DNA of 64,000 nucleotides from Podarcis muralis (taxonomy: Eukaryota), in NCBI RefSeq assembly GCF_964188315.1, contig NC_135660.1, positions 28,148,001 through 28,212,000 on the forward strand, in the 5' to 3' direction. A program made the translations under genes and the position numbers. Under the pieces are notes generated by a model, which saw nothing but the letters and a program-made list of their open reading frames with translations, did no database searches and was not told where the DNA came from. Of the stretch, positions 51,250-64,000 are shown one piece after another; within the stretch, counting starts at the first letter, position 1; each line of letters opens with the position of its first letter.

Positions 51250-52681
51250 TAAATGCCTGCTGCTGCAGCTTCATTAAGATATAGCACTCTCTCCATTTCT
51301 CTCCAAGAAAATGTCATTCCACAGGGCAACCAAAGCTGTTGCACTGCAAAAAACTAGGCATGAAAGCTGAGTGAGATGAATTGAGAACACAAAATTGAGT
51401 AAAGCTTTTCTCTTGGATAGCAACTGCCACTGGGTGTATATTTTTGTAGTAATTCTACAAAACTCAAAAGATAGCAAGCCACTAGATTTCTAAAAAATAG
51501 ATAAATCGTGATAGTGGGCTACTGCAATGAGCAGCTTCTGTTCTGCTAGTGCAGCAAATATTTCTCAGATTTTCATTTCAACTCTAACTTTTTAGTAACA
51601 AAACATGTTTTCAAGTCTGCAACGTGACAACATACATTTTTAGTTGAAGGCTTAAACAAGATAGCTGAACCAGAATTTCAGAATTTTGGTTCACATGTTG
51701 TTTCTAATGAGAAAAATGTCTCTATCTTGTCATTTAGTTAAATTACACGATGCTTTCCAAACCTGGTGCTCGTGACTATCCTCTTGACCCAGTAAACTGA
51801 GATGCATCACTTAGAAGTGTGTGTGTGTGTGTTCACCATATGAAAAGGGCAAAACGAGCACATGGAGACAAAGAAGCATACTTAGAGAAATGTGGAGCTC
51901 TGGCACAGATCAGCAGCAGATGGCGTGGTCAGGAGGTGGCACTTATGACTACCTAGTAGCAGAGTTGTGGTTGCTTACCTGGATAGAGAATGGGAGGGGC
52001 AAAGCAGGAGGGAGGTTGCTGCTGTGTGAACACATTGGTAGAGCTGCTTCTGTTGGTGTATTGGCACAATGCCAACCTCCCTCATGGTAAGCAGCAGTAG
52101 CTCTCCTGCCCAAAGATGGGCAGGTGCGCTCTCCTCCCCATCTCATACTGATTTAGATGCAACTCTGTCTTGACAGTAGATCTGACAGATTTCACACTCT
52201 ACAGGACTATATTTTCTATACTATTTGCAATCCTAGTCAACAGTGGGGTGGGGAGAGGGAATGAGCTGTAGGCTCCAATTACAGCCAATCAATTCCTTTG
52301 TGCTAATTAATGCACTGGTTTCTCTTTCCCTCACCCTAACAAATACCTGTAATGTTCACTAGGGACCCTGGCCTCCTGGTGACCCCCAAAGTCGTTGCTA
52401 AGGACCCAATATCAGTTTTATTTTGTGTAAAGTTGCCAGCATCAGCCTATAGTATAAAGAGTCAGAAGATTTTTCCATACCTCCCCAGGCGCACACACTT
52501 GAAGGCTTATGCTTTAGAGAGGATCATGTGTGCAGTATGGTTTTGGGTTGCTTACTGTTACTGTGTACACTTAATTCTTGCAGTAGAAACACACACTAAG
52601 TGCATTCTTCTTGAAATTGCTCCATTCTGAGAGCATTCTTTAATGCTTACTACGGACATGGCAGAGTAACATTGTGATTGA

Positions 52682-52816
<135 letters not shown>

Positions 52817-52918
52817 TAAGGCTCTTTTTTTTTGGGGTGAGTTTTTCTTTCAGTCGTGAGATCCCATTTCGTAATACACTGGCATGAAGTCTAGCATTAC
52901 ACAAAAATCTGCTGTTAA

Positions 52919-53176
<258 letters not shown>

Positions 53177-53623
53177 TAACAATTATTAATCCAATTTTAG
53201 CTATGAAATGGAAATCATCTTCTCAGGCTAGGTTAATTTTGAAGCTTATGTATAGTCATTTTCATGAAATGGTGGATATTTTTGTCCGACTTAGCTGAAT
53301 ATATCCATTAAAATAGTTTCCTTGCTGATACTGTATAGTACAGGGTGAAAACTTTGGAATGTTAATTTTAAACTTGTAGTCCACAAAAAGTAAATTCAAG
53401 CAAGTGCTTAGGGTAGCTTGCAATATGAAATCAGGACAATTAAACCATAAAGCAGGCAAAAAACAATTTTTAAAACCTTATTTGTGGCATGGCCCATATA
53501 TGAGGCTGTTACCAACGCTTTCATTTTGTGCCCATTTTATCCCTCAGCAGCGGGGAACACGGTATCTTCATTTATGTAAACTCAAAACTCATACAGAGTT
53601 TAAACTTACATATTTGTCTTCAG

Positions 53624-53777
53624 GCAGCTCATCAGGTTGGTGAAGATGAAATAAGTCTGTCTACGCTGGGGCGTGTTTATACAATTGACTTTAATTCTAT
53701 GCAGCAGATCAATGAGGATACTGGAACAGCACGTGCCATTCAGAGAAAACCTAACCCTCTAGCCAATACCAACACTA
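53624..53777 (+). CDS. TRIP12: TRIP12 coding exon 17 ([52 protein letters not shown]-part of WWE domain)
   Basis: tgtcttcag| acceptor, A|gtaagt donor, 154 nt. Internal alternative acceptor at 53704/53705. Confidence 0.95.
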
Positions 53778-53981
53778 GTAAGTACTATTTTAAAAATAGT
53801 TCCCACATTTTGCTTTTGTAAATTAAGGCATGTCTCCTCTATAAAGTTTGGTGTCATTCAGATACCTATCATAAGGAACGAGATCCTATTTAGGGCCACA
53901 TGCTTTCCAATATGTAACAATGAGAATTTAATGCGTGCCCAGTTTCCACTCTTTAAGAGTGTGAAAATTAGGTAAATGAAT

Positions 53982-54036
53982 TTAAATTCAGATTAAATTC
54001 AGATTAAATTCAGATTAAATTCAGATTAAATTCAGA
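53982..54036. repeat. Perfect tandem repeat (TTAAATTCAGA)x5
   Basis: Five identical 11-bp units with no spacers. Confidence 0.97.
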
Positions 54037-54519
54037 TTCTTGTTGATTTCTCTGCACCTTTCAATACCATCAATAATGGTATTCCTTTGAAGTGACTTTG
54101 TGGGTTGTTGGTGGGAGGTACTGTTTTGCAGTGGTTCCACTTCTCCCCGCAAGCCTGCTACCAGACAGTAGCAATGGGCAATTTTTGTTACACCCTGTGG
54201 GATCTATACTGTCCCTCCTGCTATATGAAGCTGCAGGAAACTGTCACCAGGGGATTTTGAGGGTGACACCTAGCTTTCTCTCCCCATAGCATCTGAATCA
54301 GGAGAGGCTATGCCAGTGCTGGACTGGTGCTGGATAAAGGTCAATAAACTGAAATTTGAATGCTAATAAAATGGAGCCCACAGTGGGTTGGTGTTCATGC
54401 ATTGGTTTCTCCAAGACTGGATTGACGCAATGCACTCTTTGTGGGGTTTCCCTTGGGCTTGATCCAGAAGCTGCAGTTAGCGCAGAATGCTGCAGTATGA
54501 CTGCTGACAGGAGTGAGTC

Positions 54520-54975
54520 CTTGTCAACATATAGCACCTCTGCTCAGAGATCTGTACTGGTTGTCAATTTGCTTGTTGGATCAAGTTCAAGCTGTTACTG
54601 TTATCATAATAAAGCCCTTAACAACTTGGGACTGGTTTACCTACGAGAAGGCCTTGCCCTACATGTGCCCACTCAACCATTTCAATCTGTGGAATTGGCA
54701 CTACAGGTGTCAAATAATATCTGTTCTGCATTTGTAAGAACTTGATCATTTGGTGTGGTAGCATGTGCACTTCAGAACTCCTTGCCTCTGAGATCAAAGC
54801 AGGCTCCTTCACTGTACTCTTTTCAGTGTCGGCTAAAAACTTCCTTGTTTAGACAGCTGTTTTTAAACATGGTAGTGATTTTTTTTCTTGGTTGTAGTGT
54901 TTCATCTTTTTGTAAACCACTTGGAGGTTTCTTTACAACCAAGTGGTATGTATAAATTTTATGAAATAAATAAAT
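54520..54975 (+). mobile_element. L2-type LINE 3' fragment
   Basis: HIAPLLRDLYWLSI motif in ORF 54513. Ends ataaattttatgaaataaataaata. Confidence 0.75.
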
Positions 54976-55088
54976 AGTACTTCCTGGTACATTTTTTTGT
55001 TTTGTTTTGGTAAATTTTATTCTAGTATGTTACCTTGAGGGGTTTAGGCTGGATAAAATTAAACAACATACCATTCCTTGATATTTAA

Positions 55089-55340
<252 letters not shown>

Positions 55341-55952
55341 TAATTGTTATGCGCACTTTGATGCAAAACCTATCCTGAATGATATTGTGATGAGTCAGAT
55401 TCTTAATCTAGCAGTTCATTTGACTAAAACAAGAGTCTCAAAATGCAAACTGCCACTTAAGATATCTGGTTACCACTTGAGGCTTCTGTGTTTAGCTATG
55501 ATTGCCATTGTGTTCTCTTAGAAATGAAAGGCACAGCGTTTTTAATTAATGAATATCCATTGTTCATTAACTATAACTGCTTTCTAATTGCGTATATTCA
55601 ATGGATGTGCTTTTTTTATTTTACGGTGACAAAATCCCAAAATGCTCATTATATGGCAATTGGTCTTCGAATGGCCTATTGACTGGATTGCTTGTTGACC
55701 AAGGAGAAAATGTAGATTCCAGACAAAATATAAAAACCTATTTGTAAACACAAAACTTAAACCCCAGAATTGGTTGCACATCATTGTCTGTGTGAAAGCA
55801 ACAAGTCAGGCATGTTGTCATGCAGTGTGTGAAATTGATCTCACAGTACCAGGAATATAACATTCCTTCCCACTTTCAGCAACCTGCCCAGTACTGAAAA
55901 TGTCCTCATTTGTGTATGCAAAATGTAAATGAAGCTGCTTTCATCTTGCTGA

Positions 55953-56114
<162 letters not shown>

Positions 56115-56253
56115 TAGATTCATGTGTAGCTCTTCATGTGCCTTGTTGTATTGTTAAAAATGTGCCTAGGAGCCAACTCCTAGGGGCCGAGGACCCTTTG
56201 CTCCTCCCCAATAAAATATTGGAGTGGGCAGCCCTCCCCCCCAAAGTTAATGA

Positions 56254-56748
56254 GTGCTGCTAGTCCTTAACGGCCTAGGACCCTCGTACCTACGGGACCG
56301 CCTCTCCCGGTATTCCCCACGGAGAGCCTCAAGGTCCATAAATAGCAACACCCTAGTGGTCCCAGGCCCTAAGGAAGTTAGATTAGCTTCAACCAGAGCC
56401 AGGACCTTTTCAACACTGGCTCCGGCCTGGTGGAACGCTCTGCCTCATGAGACCAGGGCCCTGCAGGATCTTATTTCTTTCCACAGGGCCTGTAAGACAG
56501 AGTTGTTCCGCCTGGCCTTTGGCTTGGAGCCAATTTGATTCCCTCCCTCTCTTTTTTCTTTTCCTTCTCCTCCTGCGATGAGGCTACATTTTAATATTTT
56601 AATGTTTCAATATTTTAATGTTGTATTTTAATTTTGTTTTTAAGTTGTAATCATTCAACTTGTTTTTATTATTACTTGTAAGCCGCTCTGAGCCCGGCCT
56701 TGGCTGGGGAGGGTGGGGTATAAATAAAAATTATTATTATTATTATTA
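56254..56748 (+). mobile_element. Younger L2-type LINE 3' fragment
   Basis: Intact ORF GLGPSYLRDRLS...APAWWNALP...FHRACKTELFRLAF, CpGs retained, (ATT)n tail. Confidence 0.8.
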
Positions 56749-56917
56749 AATGGTGTGCGTGTGCAAGGTCTTGTGATAGATTATGCAAGGTGGGGCTTAC
56801 ACCCCCCCCCCCAAATTTCATTCAAGTTGGCACCCCTGGTCATGTGTTTTGAACAAGCAAACCACATTGAAATATGTGTCTCTTTGTCACTGAAGGCTAT
56901 CTTTCTTTTTAAAAAAG

Positions 56918-57125
56918 GTGTAATGCACCAGGTGAAAAATCTTGCAGAATCGGAGGCTTTGCTGACAAGTCCCCCCAAAGCATGCACTAATGGCTCAGGA
57001 ACGCTGGGTGCTACTACAACAATAAGCACTGGAACAGCCACTGCTGCTAGCAATGCAGCCGCAGACTTAGGATCTCCAAGCTTACAGCACAGCAGGGAAG
57101 ACTCTCTGGACCTGAGTCCACAGGG
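56918..57125 (+). CDS. TRIP12: TRIP12 coding exon 20 ([16 protein letters not shown]...DSLDLSPQG)
   Basis: Acceptor ctttctttttaaaaaag|, donor |gtgagt, 208 nt. Confidence 0.95.
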
Positions 57126-57379
57126 GTGAGTGTGTTTGACTTGGTCTGTGAACAAAACGCTACTAATGGCATTGCTGAGAAATAGGTTGAGGTCCCACAT
57201 TAGAATGCTTTCTTTGACAGACGTATTAAAATAATCTGAGCTGTCTGCTAAATTGGAAGAAAAATGCTAACATACCAGTTTATTAGTTGAGATTATTAGC
57301 TATAATTTAAAATCCAGGTTGGTTCAAATATATTACAGTTTGGTTCAAATGTAATGTATCAGGCCTGATGTATGTATGA

Positions 57380-57511
<132 letters not shown>

Positions 57512-58361
57512 TAAATCAAATATTCTGGCTACTTAAGAAGCAGTGCTGTACAGTCCTCAGAAAAGAAAGTTTTCTAGTTCTGAATATGCCCTAAATGCCT
57601 AGATGCTGGCAGACCTGTAAAATAAATATTTCCAAATCAAAGCAGTGACGTTGCATTTTGAGCAACGGAATGAACTGATATATTTTTGACTGGAAACTTC
57701 TTGTTTTCGCACAAATGTGGCTTTGATTAGATTATTAGAATATGCAAATGGAAGAAATTTTTTATTGTTTCTGGAAATCAAAGTTTTCATTAAATGCAGA
57801 AGAAGCTATATGCTCCATACAAAGCTTAAAGTGAAGGCTGCGGCTGATTCCCCCCCCCCCCAGCAACCCCCCCCCCCCTTTATAGGTAGGTGATGATACC
57901 TCCTGGCTGTCACTGAAGTTCAGTTTACTTGATTTTACTTGCTTCCTTTAGCTGTGTCTTTGTGTGTAATGTTCTTTTTCTGCTACTGCTGTGACCATTC
58001 TTTCTGTAAAAAGAAAGGTGGCGAGTATTAAGCTTTTTTAAAATGAGATGAATCCATTGTACACAGTGCTGGTGACCTTTTAGTAGTGTGTGGACACATG
58101 ATAAAATAGATGCACATAGCAGCTTTAGAAGTGATGTATGTTTGTGTACACATTTGATCTGTAAACATTTAAGTGTCTTTAAATCACTTTGAAGATGCAC
58201 TTGATAATATTTTATTCCACAATTGGGAGCTATAATTGCTTATCTCATAGCTTTGCTTAGGAGGAAAACATGACATGCATTAAAAGGGAGCAGAACTCTG
58301 AATGTTGGTGGCTTTTAATGCCAATTGGTAAAGCTTAAGACTTTTTAAAGCTTAAACTTGA

Positions 58362-58637
<276 letters not shown>

Positions 58638-59202
58638 TAAACCAGAGTTAATGGTTTACTATGAACATTGATCTTGGTCACATTCTCCTGCAGAACAGGC
58701 CAGGATTCCTGGCTTAGCATTGTGTTCAAACCAATGTTTGTTTTTAATCAAACTGCAATCTTGTAACCAAGGTTTGTTCTTGGCAACAGATCAAACACCC
58801 ACAGTAAGCCCAGGCACCATGACCCGTTTCTCCAGCTTGCTGGTGGGGAGGACCAAAGTGATCCAGATCAGCATGTTCACAGTAAACTGTTAACTATAGT
58901 TTACTATGACGTGCAAAAAAAGTTTAATATAGATTACCCGTGTTGTCTGTGGCAGCTTAGTCTTGGTTTTAATAGAAAATTTTGGTAGGAGAGGATGATG
59001 GAGAACTTCAAGCTGGGACAGAATGTGCCAAAATGAAGTTTACAGAATGGGGAGTAAAAGTATATGTATGGAAGGCAGAGGATAAATTCTTTAAATCATA
59101 GGACAAGCAGAGTAGAGGGAGATGAGTTTGCAGGGACAATGAAGTTATATTCATGAGCGATCTGGATATAGTAACTGTCTATATTTAACAAACCTGGACT
59201 AA

Positions 59203-59526
<324 letters not shown>

Positions 59527-61277
59527 TAATCTATATTGGAATGAGAGGACAAACTTTTAACAGGAAGAACAAATAGTTTAATACTACTTAGAATGTACAC
59601 ATGGATAAGCCCCAAGCCTTTTCTGCCCTTATTTATTTATTAAAATAGCGAGGTCATTGGTGCTTATTGCATCCAGCTTCTAAGCTTCAGAAGTTGTCTG
59701 TTTAAAAGCCATTGGTGTCACTAACTTTTCCATTTTGCAGTTCTTCTATGTTGGAGGGTATATTAGTATGTTGTCACTGCCAATTTATGTATGTCCAGTG
59801 CCTTATGATTCAATAAGAACCGCTACATTTTTGTTACAAAAACAATTTCATAACTGAAGTAAGCCAGTAATCTTCAAATAGTGCTCCCTGAGCATTGTAA
59901 CTATATGAATATTGGGACACAATCCTTAGAGTGGGTGATGGATGCAGTTTTACACACAGAGGATTCAATAGATGTTTATGTAACTTGGTGGGGAGGGGAG
60001 AGGGTATAATAGATTTGGACATCTAATATGGTGGATTGCAACTCCCATTGTCCTGTATAGCCACGCTGTCTGGGGCTGATGGGAGTTGGGCAACATTTGA
60101 AGGACACCACTTTAGCTATCCCGTGGTAAATTCTTGGTGGTGATCTAGCATGCTGCCATGTGCATGTGTAGAAGGTCAGTGAACAGGGGACTCTTAAAAG
60201 TGTGCCCAGCTCTGCTTTTAGGATGGATGATGTCCTAAATCTTAAAGATTGCTGGAATTTTAAAAGGCGATGAACGTGCAGCCAGCAAGTTGTACAGTAC
60301 GGTCAAGCAGTGTGCTAGTGCATGCAGCTTGCGCTCTCTTCAGGCATAGCAGGTACAACAAATGAAGAAGGAATAGTTCAGTGTGATGCCCAAATGCGGA
60401 ATTCTAGTTGGTTGGACTTCCAAGCAAGCTATGATTTGTTGTCCAACAAATTTAGGAGCAACAGACCAGAATCCTGCGTTTAGACATTATGCTAAGCTAT
60501 CACAACCTGATTTTTGTTCTGCCTGCTTATGTGAAGAGAAGCGGAGTGGGCTTCACGCAGTAGCTCACTGCTTGATCATATCATAGTTCAAGTTATTTGG
60601 GATTCCTGGCTTACCGTTATGTGCAGAGTCAGTATTTCACTGTTTTAAAATGCCCTCCTTACATAATTTTCTCACACAGCTACATAGTCAGTGTTACTGC
60701 ATGGTGGTATTGGCATACAACTAGTATTTTCAAACATCAGCTAGTTTTAAAAGTTCTTTGGCGCTCATTTAGTGATGATCATATCCTGTTTGGTAAGCAG
60801 ATATGAAGCCACAGTTTCATGATTTAGATGTATTGGGGAAATTGTGACATAAACCATGAGAGAAATCCTGAAGCTGGCACACGAAGGGAGGGGGGAACAT
60901 GTGGGCACATTTATTCTTAGCTCAGTAAACATTGAACCAACTTGTAGAAAATATTTCTGAATAGACTTTCCATTCAAGCCTCTCCAGGAGTCCTTTTTGA
61001 GGGAAAAACATCCTGGATGACATTATTTAGGCACCCAGTTTCAGTGTAATGTGCTGAATAGTTACGTTCTCATAAGGCCGCTACATATATGCTGCCTTTT
61101 AGTGGTGTATTGGCATGAACTTTTCTGCACATGCTCACTTAAGTTGTGTAAAGTAAGTAAGGCAGTGCAGAGTATGTGTAAAAAAAAATCTGGGATATGT
61201 ATTCCTCTGGATTTGAGTTTTTATTTTTAAATATGCTGGTTCTTGTTCCATTTGTGGAATAGTTCCTGGACTACTAA

Positions 61278-61574
<297 letters not shown>

Positions 61575-61966
61575 TAAGGGAGGTGGTATTAAAAGACATA
61601 ACTGACTGGTAGCCATATATGGCTTTCCTCTTTCCCCAGAGAGAACTTGATAGGCAAATGACTAAAACATGCTTTGAAGATAACATTTTATCTCACACAC
61701 AAAAAATGACTGCCATGTGTTTTTGTGTACTTTTTTCCTCTTAATTGGGTTAAACCGTAGTTTTGGAGAAACAGGCGTATTTTGTTTTGTGGAAGTCAAA
61801 TGCTTGCCTATGTTCCTGATGAAATAATAATCATTGGGTTTGGGTTGCCCATAGCATGTGGAATATAAGCTCACATTTGCCTGTGCCTGCCTGCTTTGTC
61901 AGTATTTGGTCATAGAGTTACTCAGTGACCACTTGGCAAAAACTATTTTAAAAATTAGATAATTAA

Positions 61967-62137
<171 letters not shown>

Positions 62138-63757
62138 TAAGGATTAATTCTCAGGTAAACGTGTCGCATTTCCAGAATGTTCCTGGAATCATGAATTCTG
62201 CATGGCTATGTGGCCCATTGTGTTGTGTTTGCTGTCCATTTTACCATTTATGGTCATAGCAGCTCAAAAACCTATAGAAAAAACAGTGCTTTGCTTCTAA
62301 TGATAGTGCTAAATTCAAAATAATGAGTAAGTATTTTCAAACTCCTAAAAACCATATTTACAGCTTCAACATCATTAGCATAAGCATCTTTAATGAACTT
62401 TGATAAAGGTTGCTCTTACTTAACATTTTAATATAAAATTCCAGCTTCCAAATGTTGTTTGGAACTAGAAGGGAAGAGTATGACTTACATCTTTGTTGAA
62501 TAGTGGTAGTGGGGACATGGCATACAACTAGTAAGACCAAAACTATATTAATCAATTTTAGCAGAATACTATGGCTAAATTCATTGCTCTCTACATACCA
62601 TTCAAAAGCTATAATTGAAACAGTTTTCCTATTGGATACTTGGTGAATAGGTAGTTCAGATTTAGAAGTAGTTAGAGACTCAAGATTTTTCTGGTTTCAA
62701 GATGAGCACTTTGCTCGGTTGGTTTTCCAAATGAGTCTTTTTGCTCAGCTGATTTATGAAATTCCATATTGGATATAAGGAAAACACATTGAAGTACCTC
62801 TTTCAGATATTTGACCAAAACTCTAGAATGAGAGAATAGTTGAAGCCGTATTCCAAATCCATGTGTAAGTCAAGCAAGTGTGTCTTTTTGTTCCTTATAA
62901 CCTTTTGCTGTCCGTGTCTTAAACGAATTAAGTATTTTTAGTCTAAGCAATACAGCCAACACTTTTTGTGTGTGCATGTGTGGTTGTAATATTTGCTATT
63001 GTATGCATTTCTGTTTTTATCAGTAGTTTAGCAAGTAAGAAATGTACAGCAATAACTACAGGAACTGCTAATTTTTAAATAAGTTTGTGGGTCGGTTTCA
63101 TTAAAATGTTAGATCCTATGGGTGATATCCATTGTTAGTATAATACCCACTGAAATTAGTAGACAAGTAAATTGATTTCCGTAGGTCTGTTCTGAGTATG
63201 ACTTAGCTGGATATCACCCTGTTTTTTTCTGTTTTTCATTGGATTTGTTGAACTGGGAGATATTTGATGACTGATTCCACACTATAGTGACAGAAAATTT
63301 TGTGAATATAATAATTGCAGAACTAGAACTGTTCTATAACCTGAACAAGCAAACAAAAACGAATCTAAATCTCTTACAAATTGATATACATGAACACCTA
63401 AAGCAGCAAGATACACTGAAATAGCAGTCCAATATCTAGTTACTGTTTTCTTATCAACACCTGAAGTGCAATCCTCTGCATGTTTACTCAGAAGTAAGTC
63501 CCACTGTGTTCAGTTGGGCTTATCCCAGGTAAGTGTGCATAGGATTGTCACCTTGCTCAGCTTAAACTGGCCTGAGGCACATATTCTGTAATAGTTTTGA
63601 TCAGGTTTCAGTCTATGACATTAGGTGATGGCAAATTAAAATGCATGCAGTTTTAATAATTTAATTGTAAAACCAAAGCCAGAAACTATTTCAATTGCTG
63701 TAATGTATTAAATGTCCACAAGTGAAAATAGAATAACTGTAGCAACGTTTTTCATAA

Positions 63758-63967
<210 letters not shown>

Positions 63968-64000
63968 TAAAAGTATGGTGGTTGCCTTGTGTGTCAGTTA

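Noticed and set aside
53982-54036. CRISPR-like array
   Set aside because: Contiguous 11-bp units with no spacers, in a vertebrate intron.

Overview
Vertebrate genomic DNA, most likely from a lacertid lizard (Podarcis-like), judged from the Sauria-type SINE, MIR-related CORE SINEs, BovB and hAT/Tc1 MITEs. It holds the head-to-head FBXO36/TRIP12 locus. FBXO36 coding exon 1 is on the minus strand (8747-8842) and its intron 1 runs off the left edge. A CpG island (~8530-10900) acts as the shared promoter. TRIP12 (HECT E3 ligase) is on the plus strand, with a probable non-coding exon 1 ending at 9513, a ~23.4 kb intron 1, and 26 coding exons between 32971 and 63941. All have GT-AG boundaries and compatible phases, giving 4147 nt (1382 codons + 1 nt) that cover the N-terminal disordered region, ARM repeats, WWE domain and linker. 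The HECT domain lies beyond the right edge. The remainder is intron with L2, BovB, SINEs, MITEs (several with exact target-site duplications) and a 136-N gap. I found no new multi-gene system. The best leads are regulatory: an overlapping uORF across the TRIP12 start, a candidate 367-nt ATG-rich 5'UTR cassette exon, several in-frame alternative acceptors (one cutting the WWE domain), an RFX/CCAAT/YY1 cluster at the FBXO36 start, and a 37-bp perfect hairpin nested in a hAT element. Gene and repeat-family identities come from recalled sequences, not database searches.
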